From Octopus sinensis (taxonomy: Eukaryota), in contig NC_042997.1 of NCBI RefSeq assembly GCF_006345805.1, positions 38,812,001 through 38,876,000 of the forward strand: a stretch of DNA of 64,000 bases, read 5' to 3'. The translations under genes and the position numbers were made by a program. Positions 40,201 through 52,495 of the stretch are shown here, piece after piece. The notes beneath the pieces were generated by a model. That model did no database searches, was not told the origin of the DNA, and saw nothing but the letters and a program-made list of their open reading frames with translations. Position 1 is the first letter of the stretch. The number at the start of each line of letters is the position of its first letter.

Positions 40201-40571
40201 GTGAGTGGATTTGGTTGACGGAAATTGAAAGCCCGTCGTACACAAACTATGTGTATATTTGTGTTTACCCCACACCATTGCTTGACAACAGGTGTTAGTT
40301 CGTTTACGTCCCAGTATCTTAGAGGTTCGGCTTAAAAAAATAAGTCCTGGGGTTGATTCGTTTTGTCTAAAATTCTTCAAGGTGGTGTCCCAGCATGGCT
40401 GCATTCTAATAACCGGAACAAGTAAAAGATAAACGTTAAATGCATACATCCGTAATCATATTTTTAATCAGACATAGTATGTTTAAAAATACATTATCCT
40501 ATGCAGTTTCTCTAAGACAGTATTTTTGTAGCATGTCCAGTGATCACGTAGCAGAGTCATCGATTGTTTGC

Positions 40572-40646
40572 CAATGACGTCAATGGTATTGGTACTGGTA
40601 CTAGATACTGTTGGCCAGGGATTATGGGTAACTGGAGTTACTGGGG
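40572..40646 (-). CDS. Candidate Ser/Thr/Pro-rich stalk exon of the nested gene
   Basis: Acceptor tttaacattag; phase 1 reads (A)PVTPVTHNPWPTVSSTSTNTIDVI. The donor is uncertain (TTG|gcaaac, or CTAC|gtgatc further on). Confidence 0.4.
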
Positions 40647-40779
40647 CTAATGTTAAATATATGCAGTTGATGTTAAAAATCTGGCTTTACTAGATGATTT
40701 GGAGCTAATATAATTCATTTAGCAGACACCTTGAAGGGATTCTAAGATTCTATAATGTTTTATATATATATAAGTGTTA

Positions 40780-41112
40780 GTGGCACCTTGGGCAAGTGTT
40801 TTCTACTATAGCCTCGGACTGACCAAAGCCTTGTGAGTGGATTTGGTAGACGGAAACTGAAAGAAGCCCGTCGTATATATGCATATATATATATATGTAT
40901 GTGTGTGTGTTTGTGTGTCTGTGTTTGTCCCCCTAGCATTGATTGACAACCGATGCTGGTGTGTTTACGTTCCCGTTACTTAGCGGTTCGGCATAAGAGA
41001 CCGATAGAATAAGTACTGGGCTTACAAAAGAATAAGTCCCGGGGTCGAGTTGTTCGATTAAAGGCGGTGCTCCAGCATGACCGCAGTCAAATGTCTGAAA
41101 CAAGTAAAAGAA
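40780..41112 (+). mobile_element. SINE family A, 5'-truncated
   Basis: Family A body and tail; a more diverged copy lies at about 40200-40430. Confidence 0.88.
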
Positions 41113-41422
41113 AAAAAAAGAAAAGAAATATATATAAATGGAACAAAAATGCAATAGAGGGCATTAAAACGTTCGGACAGGTAGACGATACAAAGGCGAA
41201 CAAAAGGTCTTTTAAGATTGCGTAAAAGTTGAAATAACTAACAACTAAAGCAATAAAACATGCTGCTATAAATATTCAATTTACGACAAGAAAATTGATT
41301 TAAGGCGATTATGGATAATTATAGAGAAAATGTATTTGATAATATATATATATAAGAACAGTCAAGTTTGTTACTTCGGTTAAATGTTGCAAATATAACA
41401 GTCAAATAGCTAATACACATAC

Positions 41423-41510
41423 CAGGGTTAGTTTGGAATTTAATAACGAAAATTTGCGGAGACGAATCAACTGAAGTCACTGTGGCGACAATGACATATC
41501 TTCTTACTGC
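41423..41510 (-). CDS. Candidate internal exon of the nested gene (end of a beta-sandwich/FN3-like domain)
   Basis: ttgtctgttccgtag|...CCTG|gtatgt; 88 nt, phase 0-1, reads AVRRYVIVATVTSVDSSPQIFVIKFQTNP. Confidence 0.5.
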
Positions 41511-41587
41511 CTACGGAACAGACAATTTCTGACATGTTTTATAAAATTCTAGCAACAACGCCATCTACAGCTATAACAGCAGCGTTC

Positions 41588-41643
<56 letters not shown>

Positions 41644-41650
41644 GGTGGTC
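41588..41650. repeat. (GTA)n/(GTG)n microsatellite
   Basis: Direct reading. Confidence 0.97.
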
Positions 41651-42274
41651 TCAGCAACAACAATTGCAACGACTGCCATAGCAACAGAAACAAGAAAATA
41701 AGTTTTCAGGCTGTAAATTCTCACTGAAATCTTCAATAATAATAATAATAATAATTATTATTATTATAACAACACCAGCAACAACAACAATAATAATATC
41801 CAACGCAAAATACTTTCTACGTAATCTCAAGTTTTATAACAAACACATAATTTTCTTATGGTTTCTTAAACATTCTCTAGAACGACACTATGTGCAAAAC
41901 CAAATATATGACACCCTAAGCATAACACCAACTTAAACTTCCAACTTTTTTGTCTCTTGAGGTTTCTGGGTGAGACTTGGAGCCAACTTGTACAAATTGT
42001 AATGCAAAAGTCAAACATAAAATAACGACAGACCAAATAGATAAAGGAATGGACAAATATGTAAAATATTAAAATAAAATATTAAGCTAATGGAGGACTG
42101 GAAGGAAACGGTAATTACCATTCCATTACCAGCGTTATTGAGAGTCTTATAAAATCGCTTCACAGACAATTTGATGTGTACGACATAAAAGCCTTTCCGT
42201 GACCGCTCAAGCAGCGGCTAGAAATAGCAGCCAAATCTTCCTCAAATTCCTTCCAGCATAAAATTATATATATA

Positions 42275-42337
<63 letters not shown>

Positions 42338-42338
<1 letters not shown>

Positions 42339-42550
42339 TTTATTTAAAGCAGCAGAAAATTCAACAAAACCTGTTACTCTAAGTTTCCCGTTGCCGTTCG
42401 TCGGACAGTTTTTGACGAACGGCAACGGGAAACTTAGAGTAACAGGTTTTGTTGAATTTTCTGCTGCTTTAAATAAAGCATATTACTCTACCACTGGTAT
42501 TTGAATACTCTTTTTTCCACCTTGTTTCACATTTATGTGTTTACTCCGGT
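42338..42550. mobile_element. Perfect 65-bp-arm palindrome in (TA)n with a hammerhead-like motif
   Basis: 42338-42402 is the exact reverse complement of 42414-42478. The minus strand at 42371-42408 reads ctgt-CCGACGA-acggcaacgg-GAAA-cttagag-TA-acag. Confidence 0.8.
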
Positions 42551-43049
42551 ATATATATATATATATATATATATAGCATACAGAAATGGGACAAGAATGC
42601 AAAACATCCAAACAGTTAGGTGATACAAAAAAGGGACAGCAAAACATCCAGACAGGCGACACAAAGAAAACAAGGACGGCTCATTCGGAGTTTTCTTTCC
42701 TCAGTCGAGTTCCAGATTATCTTTGCAATTTCGGCTGGTTATACTCGATATTACTCCAATCTGGCCAGCCCCAAGGAAAAACTAAGCTAAGAGTACTAGA
42801 TTCCTTGGAAGAAAGCAGCAAATGTATACGAAAACAAGGACGGGAAAAAAACGGAGAACTGGTACACAAATACAAATAACAGGGCATTAACAACATGTTT
42901 CTTTCGACAAGGACGAATTAAATTAAGCTGCTGTGTGTGGAAGTAAAGCCTTGTGGCAAGATTTCCAGGCAATGTAGATGTTGCACGGATGGTAGTCGAA
43001 CCAAGAAAGAAAGGTCAGAGGGGTAGAAGAATTAAGGAGGGGCGAGAAA

Positions 43050-43435
43050 AATTCTCCTCCTCCCATCCTACTCATACCAAGCTCTCCATCCTCTACTCCC
43101 AATTCCTCCGTCTGCGCAGGCTCTGCAGTAATAACCATGACTTTGAGACTCAGTCTCAACTCATGGCTTACCACTTCATCCTTCATGGATATCCCCTCAC
43201 CACTATCCACACAGCTCTTGCCAGAGTCCGTTCCGTGGACCGTGCCTCTGCTCTCTCTCAACGCACTCCACCCCGCCGTTGTCCGTCTCCCGTTTCCCCT
43301 CACCTACCACCCCTCCAACGCACCATTCTCTGAGCCTTCTGGCAACTCCTGTCCGACCCCTCCACCTCGCAGATCTGCCCCAACTTACCCCTTCTCTCCT
43401 TCAAACGCGCATAGAACCTGCGTGACCTCCTGATC
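43050..43435 (+). mobile_element. Penelope-like element RT C-terminal fragment
   Basis: SSSHPTHTKLSILYSQFLRLRRLCS...HGYP...RLPFPLTYHP motifs. The adjacent 42575-43050 may be terminal-repeat sequence of the same element. Confidence 0.8.
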
Positions 43436-43699
43436 AAGTTGGTAAGGACACAACAAACAGATGATGAAATTTTGGCAGTGATCCAGGAATTTTTATGGAT
43501 TCTTGAAGGATTGTTCATCTGTTATATCTACTTTACATGAAGTATTACAATGTTACGTTCTTTGATTATCTCCCTTAATAACACGATCATCGTTACCACG
43601 TAACCTATGATGGCGTTGCTGTTTCTAAAGTTTATTTTCATTTCTCTATTAGTAATTTTACTTGCGTATCTATCTTAAAATGAGCTGCTTGGCGGAGGT

Positions 43700-44192
43700 C
43701 TGCGGTGGATGACATGACAAGCCTTGACTATTGGGATCGACTCAAAAAGCTCAGGTTTTGCTCCGTCCACCGCCGCTATGAGCTCTATATCATCTGTATG
43801 ATGTGAAAATATTCCATCAACATTGCTCATCTTTAAAATTCGTCAGAGGCTTGGGCCCCGTGCCATCCGCCCACTACAGAAATGTTCGTGTCGTATCACA
43901 ACACTATGACAGAACTATTTCACCTCAATTGGCCCTACTCTCTTCAACATTGTGCCAGACACACATAAAGGAAGAAAGTGATTTCACAGCATTCAAACGA
44001 TCCCTAGATGATTACCCCCAACAAATACCAGATAAACCAACCACACCTAGATATGTCTCTGAAAACAATAACCCTCCGCTTGTATGGGTGACGGTTCCCC
44101 AGAGCTGGCTGTGTATCTCTTCCAAGTGGTGCTATTAAATTAGACATGGCCTGAGTCAACTTCGGCCGAAACTTATCTAAGTAATCTAATCT
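43700..44192 (+). mobile_element. CR1/L2-group LINE 3' fragment
   Basis: LDYWDRLKKLRFCSVHRRYELYII...FKRSLDDY..QIPDKP, then a short 3' UTR ending in (TAATC)n. Confidence 0.8.
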
Positions 44193-45035
44193 ATGCTGTA
44201 ACCTTTTAATCAAAGCATGACATCGTTGGTAGAGGCTGATATCTTAACATTTCTGATGGCCTTAAGTATAAAAGAAAATTATCAAAGATTTATATAAAAC
44301 TACATTAGGAGTATGTCTATAAGCTCTTGTGTTTAGACCTGCGTTTTAATAAAGCACTCCGAAATTAGAAATATCAAAACTCTGCAACAATCTCAGTCCC
44401 ATGAATATCGGATAATGGATTTTCAACTGTGTAAAGAAACTAATTGTGGTTATCGTAGTTTTGACGATGATTGTGGTGAAAAGCAGAAACAGCGTTGATG
44501 ATGACGATGATCTAGATAAGTATGGGAGGAGGATAAAATAGTATCTTTGTTATGTTTTTGCTGGTGTTGGTTTGGGAAATTGGGCGATTTTCAGCATGCG
44601 CGTATATGAGTGTAAATGAGCTGCTTGGCGGAGGTATGTGCTTTCAGAGTTCTTTTCTAGCTACAAGAGTGAAAAAGAGAAAGCACCTTTTGACGTAAAG
44701 GGATGCAAACTCGATGCACCACTTTACACTAAGAGGAATATGCATTCACACGAATATACACTCACACATTCACATACATACATGAACCTTTGGTTCACCT
44801 TTTCTAGAACCTCCCCGGCCTCCGGTTGAGCAGTGCCCTCCCCAAATGAAGCTGTTCAGACATCTATGCAGCGATCGAATCCCATTGCTGTCCTGGGCGA
44901 CGAGGAGACGACTTTATATCTAACATGGGTTGCCACGTGCAGGTCACTAATTACATGCTTCAAACCCGTCAGGTTTGCATGCTTCGCCACCTTCCCATCG
45001 CCGTAGGACTTCTGAATAAAAAAAAATATATAAAC

Positions 45036-45207
45036 AGGAGTGGCCGTGTATTAAGTAGCTTGCTTACCAACCACATGGTTCCAGGATCAGTCCCACTCCG
45101 TGGCACCTTGGGCAAGCGTCTTCTGCTATAGCCTCGGGCCAATCAAAGCCTTGTGAGTGGATCTGGTAAACGGAAACCGAATGATGCCCGTCGTGTGTGT
45201 GTGTGTG

Positions 45208-45235
<28 letters not shown>
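45036..45235 (+). mobile_element. SINE family A, 5' half
   Basis: Head through to the internal TG repeat. Confidence 0.85.
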
Positions 45236-45241
<6 letters not shown>

Positions 45242-45542
45242 GACTTTCACTAACACGATTATGGCTGAAACTAACGTCACCACCGATGAAAACAGAACTA
45301 CTTCACCAGTAAGTTATTTACAAGTCAATTTTGTGAGTAGAACAGTAAAAATCTGAAAGACTTTTCTCAAGTTCCTGATGGGAATTTTTCTGTGTTAACT
45401 ACATCACAAGGATGAAGCCTTGTGTCTTTGTTGGAAATCGGGTCCCTCCTCAGTGGAAGATTTATAATAATTAAAAAACAGAAAAGACATACATACAAAT
45501 ATACACACAAATACATACGTACTCATACAGTCATACACTCAT

Positions 45543-45582
<40 letters not shown>

Positions 45583-45619
45583 CACACCTACACATATACA
45601 AACACACGAACACATACGT

Positions 45620-45708
<89 letters not shown>

Positions 45709-46441
45709 GCATATGACGAGCTTCAGTGTAATTTCCGCTTACTAAAGTCCATCGAAGACGTTAGTCACCCCTAGGTTACAAGACTACTGCAGAAGGCCCT
45801 TGCTCTGGTGCTTCACTGTAGGATCGAACATGAATCTATGTGGTGGGAAAGAGAGTATATTAACTGCGTAGCTATGCCTGCGACTTATTCCCGAAAGTAG
45901 CTATATGTATGTACGTGTACGTGTGAGTATACACACACTTTATCACGCACATTGTCTTTGTTATGCTATGGAATATATTTACATATCGGTAGTATACACT
46001 ATTTTCTTGTACCAACGAATCAGAATATACTTTCAATGCCGCTTCTAGCAGTTTATATATGTCAGTACATGAACTGCATTAAGATTATTGGTTGTTTTTG
46101 ATGTGCAGGCACAACGTTTGGCTGTCTAATGTTTATTTATGGCTTTTATTGGCATTAACGTTTTGCGGTCAAATTTAACATATTGTGTGACGTGTTTATG
46201 TAATCATTTGTGTTGTGCAATGTAATAGTATTTTTATTAGCTTTTATTAATAGTGATATGGAACAAGGGCGTTGAATGCAGTCTTGTGTACATGATGGTT
46301 GGTATCGGTGTCTAGTTATTGCGAATAGGTAAAGGAAAACGTTCCTTCTTGTTTTTTAAAGTACATGTTGACTTCTTTCTGATATAGACTTCAGTAAAAA
46401 GAGCCTTCTTAATGGGTATTATAACTACACAAAGAAATATG

Positions 46442-46627
46442 TATTTCTTTACTGCCCACAGGGGGCTAAACATAGAGGGGGCAAACAAGGACAGACAAAG
46501 GGAATAAGTTGATTACATCAACCCCAGTGCGTAACTGGTACTTAATTTATCGACCCCGAAAGGATGATAGGCAAAGTCGACCTCGGCGGAATTTGAACTC
46601 AGAACGTAACGACAGACGAAATACCGG
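46442..46627 (-). mobile_element. SINE family C1, 5'-truncated
   Basis: Reverse complement of the C1 core and tail. Confidence 0.85.
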
Positions 46628-47213
46628 GAAATATGGTTACCCTATCATAAATACCATCGTACGATTATGGTATCATTCAACAAGAAATTGAATGAATGGC
46701 ACAAATGAAATGGTGACAGAGACAAGTACTAAACAACAGAAATAAGTGAGCTTGTAACAAAGACTTAATTGCAATTCCATTTAAGTGATATATAAACCAA
46801 TTGGATAGAATTCTTCGTGATTCTTAAAATCGGCAGCAAGATCTATAATTTTCAGCGAGATGCGACAACCGACTATTGGGACTCGTATTTTGAATTTTTT
46901 TTTTTTTTTGTTTGATCGGTATTCAAGCTACGATAACCATGTATTTTTCTGGCATATTCTACGATAACCATGTGTTTTTTTTTCTTGTATATTCATCCCA
47001 TAATCTAAAATATCTAAATTGGAAAGAGATTTAGCTGTTAAGTTTAAGAAGGAGCGCAACTGCATAAAGCAGCTGTGCTCTGACTACTGAGTTCACCTTG
47101 CCAGCTTCTGCTGTGACCGCCATCACAATCAATAGGCATACAGAAATATACCGGTTATTAGAGAAAATACACATCTAGGTTAACTATACCACATACTGGT
47201 CATTCCTGAATGA

Positions 47214-47528
47214 CGGAAGGCCATATGTGTAGCAACAGCATCCGGTTCCTTGCCATACTTCCAGAAAGAGTCAGAAGTGGTTGTCGGGGAATTTCTAATT
47301 CATCAGCCCCAATTACTGGACTCCTAATTCCTCCGATCGTGATCTCATGAGTGGGGTGCGGTTTAAAAAGACACCAACCGCTCTGCCTGCAACATCAGGG
47401 ACGAGCTGATAGTCAAGGTTAAGGGGATGTTAGAAGATCTTCCCAGGGACGCAGTGAAGAACACATGCGCCAGGTTCCAGAACCTTCTTGAGGTCGTGGT
47501 GGAACCTGCGGGCAACTACTATGATTAA
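47214..47528 (+). mobile_element. maT/DD37D-like transposase C-terminal remnant
   Basis: GRPYV*QQH..PCHTSRKSQKWL...YWTPNSSD...CARFQNLLEVVVEPAGNYYD*. Confidence 0.8.
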
Positions 47529-48228
47529 ACTACTATCTCCCAGCCATAATCGAGTTAATATCTTTTGATTTTTTTAAAAGTATTTTTATTTTTTGATAGG
47601 ATATTAAGTTTTCCTTTCCTTCTACGCAAACTGTTAAATTTAGTCTAATTTAGCCGTTACTTGTATACTTCTGGTAGTCACTTGTGAATGGGATGTCAAC
47701 TACAAACGTAAGCACCTTCATCGAAGATATTCTCTGACTAATTTTGAACTAAAAAAAAAGTTGGTTTCAAATTCCAGAGAAAATGATAAAATGAAACGAA
47801 ATGGATGTTTTAACTAGAAATATAAAGATTCTTTTCAGAGATAGCTCAAATTTCAAAATTTGTCTCTAAAAATATTCCAAAAGTAACGTGGGAAATTATT
47901 GATATACATAATGCTTACAAAAATATTTCTCTAGAAAGCAAGGAAATATTTTGTAAGTAAAAGCACTTAAGATCCATCATCAAATACTTTTAATAACTAA
48001 TTTTGTAATTTGAGATTTAGTTTGAGAAATTTTTACAAGCCTATCCGTTTGATTCATTTATGGACTTTTGATTCATTTTATCAGTTGGCATATCATTTTA
48101 TTTGATTTGATTTTAGCTCGCAGCCAGTGAGAAAATTGTCTTTGGTGAAGGTTTCTACTGGAAATCCCAAGTAGACAGCAGAAACATGCATATATGTCAG
48201 TTTTAGGAACTTTGTCTCTCTTTCTTTC

Positions 48229-48508
48229 TCTACATATAATAAGACAACGGGGATTTCAGAAATTCGTCAGAATTTGTCAGAATTCACGGATAATCAAGAC
48301 TAACAGAATGTAAAAGAAAAAAAATTGGATTTAGTATTCCGTTATTCCAATTAGTATCCAGTTATGAGACTGGAGACTGGAGAATTAGTATTCACAACGT
48401 TATAAAATACAAAATGACAAAGCTTCATGTAAAACCAGACAATACTAAATAAAATTTTCCACTAAACTTTTATTTATGCCAAGCCATCAGGCTTGGCATA
48501 AATACTAA
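48229..48508 (+). mobile_element. Probable non-autonomous Helitron
   Basis: TCTACATATAATAAG start; perfect 13-bp hairpin TTTATGCCAAGCC-ATCA-GGCTTGGCATAAA followed by CTAA|T. Confidence 0.6.
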
Positions 48509-50502
48509 TATAACCATTCCGGTTAAATAAATACATATAACGAGAGAGGATGGAACTCATACGATCATAGTGATAAATTATACAGCAAGCTGTCAGGCTA
48601 TCAGATAAAACATTCAAGCGGAGGATTATGAAGACAAATTGTCATCTAAGTTCCAGTTCCCAGATCTATGGTTACTTGACAGGGTGGCTAACTGACAGGT
48701 TTAGGGAACTAAAGATCTGTTGTATAGATATATACTCGTGGAGATATATGTATACTTAAAGATGAGGTGGAAATTTTGAAAGAGATGACAGTCTACAGTT
48801 ATATTCTTGGAAGTGTCATTCATAGGAGAAAGAAAAAGTAGAAAGAGAAAATTGAGATATAGTTAAGATTTTGAAAGGTGCAGAATAAAGCTTTAAGACC
48901 GATACTAGAATTATGGATCAGTATTATCGGATCATTTGAAGCTGAAAGTAAGTTATTAGTTAAGAAATAAAAAGCTAGTTATACATGGGCAAAAAATTCA
49001 ACGGGAAGAATTAGGATGTGAGGGTCATTTTAAATAGAATTATCTGTGATAAAGTTGAAGTAGCACAAAGAATGGGAACACTATCTATAATACTATCAAA
49101 ATTAAGTATATTACCTAAATGAAATTTTCAAGAAAGTTTTATGGATTTGGTAGGAACAGCATTCGTTAGGCTGATTAATTACATCTGACCTGCATCAGAG
49201 AATTTCAAGCTACCCCACCCACTTTGTATAGAAATGTAGTACGTATAATTGAGCGCAAGATGCTCCAAGGTGTCCTTTTATTATTAAAGGTATGAATGTG
49301 GTTCTGTATTTTAAATTGGAATTTACATATAATGGCACCAACGTAATAATGAACCTTATCACATGTTTTAACAGAATATTATAAACGAGAGTTAATCTTA
49401 TTTGCTGCGAAGTAGGCTATCCCAATACGTAGATATACAGGGAGAAGTCTAGACGTCTGAGAGAGAGTTGATAGCGGTCATCCGAACGTGCAACATAACA
49501 CTATTCTTATCTGCGAATTATCATTTGCCTATTTAGCGTTTGAATTTTTGTATGGGAACATGGCATATATTTCACCATGCGATTGATAGCATTCTTACTC
49601 ATATGCATGCAGTTATAATAGTTAACATTTCCAAGATGAGCTATATTGCTACGTCTATACATTTGTGAATACAGCCCACTGTCCTAACGCTGTCATTATA
49701 ATAGTTTGTTTGAGGAGAGAAAATCTCTTCGTTCGAGGAAAATCTGGAAACGCGTGCATACACACACACACATACAATCACAACACACACACACATACAC
49801 AATCACAACACACACACACAATTACAAAACACATACACACATGCACGCATGTACATACAACGTATGGTGGACTCAGTTTCATGCTAAAATCCATGGGTAA
49901 TGTAAGGGAAATTGCAATAAGTTAGCTACCGTGATGTGTGTATTTCGAAATCCCGTTCAATCTTGTTTCAACTCGTGTATTCTCATCTAAAATGGAGACA
50001 ATTACCAACGCTTCCTTGTGGTATCTTGAGCAATTATGAACAATCCTTTTACATGAAACCAATGTTTGCTCTGTAAATCCACAAAGAAAAGATTAACTGT
50101 GTATGTGTGTGAAAGAAAATTTTCTTAAATCAAAAATTATTAATTGTTCTTTAAAATATTTAAAACACAGAATAACATGAACCTTTTAGAAGTTTTCATT
50201 TACAGGTTCCAGATCCGCGAAGTGTTTCGTGCAGTATACATGTCAAATTCATGAAAGCATATGCGGTGTGTGTGCGTGTGTATGTTCATGTATGCGCGGG
50301 TGTGCAAGATCGTGTGTGGTGATGGAGGCGTACGTGTTTATATGTCTGTGTCTGTCTGTGAACGTATCCGCCAATGTCCACTATTAACATAGCCAATTCA
50401 CTGGATCTACCATAAGACAGAGAGAAGGATAGACGACTTTGTACAAATATTTGTATCTTATTGTACACATGCACACATATATTGATACTTATAGATAAAT
50501 AG

Positions 50503-50820
50503 ACATTCACTAGACAAAACTTTCCTCTCTACTCTCACCTTCCTCTTCAAGTGATACATGAAGAAGTTGATGAGAGATTGACCAGAGAAGAAAGTGTTTG
50601 TCTCTAGACTTTTCAGACGCGTCCACCATACACATTCTTTCGCCATAGCCACGAGTACGATGAAAATTGCTCTTCCTTCCCGTTTCAAAGAAGGAGGCGC
50701 CACAATATTCACGATAGACTCGGTTGAGAAACCGACTTGTCCCACACGCGATAGCAATCGTTCAACATAGGCCCACATGTCGGAAATGGTTGGACACTGT
50801 ACCAGTGAGTGCAGGGCGGT
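50503..50820 (-). mobile_element. L1/Tx1-like ORF2 C-terminal fragment
   Basis: HSLVQCPTISDMWAYVERLL...MAKECVWWTR resembles the H-x-C zinc-knuckle end and the (I/V)WxxR motif of L1-clade ORF2. Confidence 0.7.
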
Positions 50821-50821
50821 T

Positions 50822-50872
<51 letters not shown>

Positions 50873-50999
50873 TATTCATACATACACACACATATCTATA
50901 TACACTGATGCATTTCACTTAATCGCACAAGAAAATGCCTGCAGTAAGTTCATCCAATAATTTATCTACGTTCACATATACACACACATGCGGACACAG

Positions 51000-51058
<59 letters not shown>

Positions 51059-51118
51059 TAAGCGCATGCGCTCAGATACATATCTATCTTTATCACTTCC
51101 TTTCCCTCCCCATGTTCC

Positions 51119-51163
<45 letters not shown>

Positions 51164-51504
51164 CCTTCTCTCTACCTTTCCCTCTCTTTCTCTTTACGTA
51201 AGCATCTATATATTAAGACACACAACGACATTCAATCTACTCTTATCACTAACTGAATTACATGTATTCTTTATTATGTGCCGGATGTGATATAATCATC
51301 TTACAAGTAAGCAAGCTATTCTAGTACACACGAATAGATGTACTCAAGTAATTATCATGCCATGATTTCAATTTAATTTGGAATGTCATTGAATTTTCCA
51401 CTGAGCCATCATTCGAAACCTCAAATGTCTTTCTGGTGTATTTTCTACTGTGATAAAAAGTTTTGTCGTCTACGTCGAATTTTGTTTTTATTTTATTTCA
51501 TTTT

Positions 51505-51926
51505 CTCTCTTTACTCTCTTTTACTCTTTTACTTGTTTCAGTCATTTGACTGCGACCATGCTGGAGCACCGCCTTAAAATCGAGCAACTCGACCTCGGGA
51601 CTTATTCTTTTGTGAGCCCACTACTTATTCTATCGGTCTCTTTTTGCCGAACCGCTAAGTAACGGGGACATAAACACACCAGCATCGGTTGTCAAGCAAT
51701 GCTAGAGGGACAAACACAGACACACAAACACATACACATGCTTATATATATATACATATATACGACAGGCTTCTTTCAGTTTCCGTCTACCAAATCCACT
51801 CACAAGGCTTTGGTCAGCCCGAGGCTATAGTAGAAGACACTATCCCAAGGTGCCACGCAGTGGGACTGAACCCGGAACCATGTGGTTGGTAAACAAGCTA
51901 CTTACCACACAGCCACTCCTGCGCCT
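51505..51926 (-). mobile_element. SINE family A, full length
   Basis: Reverse-complement copy. Confidence 0.9.
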
Positions 51927-52097
51927 ATTCTGTGTTTTTTTTTTTTCATTTTTGAGTTTGGATAATGGGGTGAGGGGTAGGACTGCATGTAGATATGACT
52001 GTGTGGTTAAGAAGGACGCTTCTCAAACATACGGTTTGGAGTTCAATCCCAGAGCGTAGCATCATGGAGAGTATTCTAGTACAGCACCGGGCCGAAT

Positions 52098-52495
52098 AAT
52101 CCTTTCTACTGGAAACAAACCGGTTTCAAATTTGGAGGAAACATCGACCCCAGTGCGTGACTGGTACTTATTTCACCGACCCCGAAATGATGAAAAGCAA
52201 AGTCGACCTCGACGGAATTTGAACTCAGAACGTAGTGATGGACTTGTCGCCCGGCGTGCTAACGATTCTTATTACTTTATTGCCCACAAGGGCTAAACAT
52301 AGAGGGGACAAACAAGGACAGACAAAGAGTTTAAGTCGATTATATCGACCCCAGTGCGTAACTGGTACTTAATCTATCGACCCCGAAAGGATGAATGGCA
52401 AAGTCGACCTCGGCGGAATTTGAACTCAGAACGTAACGGCAGACGAAATACCGCTAAGCACTTCGCCCGGCGTGCTAACGTTTCTGCCTGCTCAC
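52098..52495 (-). mobile_element. SINE C1 copy abutting or inserted in the head of a C2 copy
   Basis: C1 at about 52271-52495; decayed C2 at about 52098-52270. Confidence 0.8.

Noticed and set aside
47661-47748. Open minus-strand frame after a T-rich acceptor
   Set aside because: The donor overlaps the probable transposon end, and the peptide is unrecognisable.
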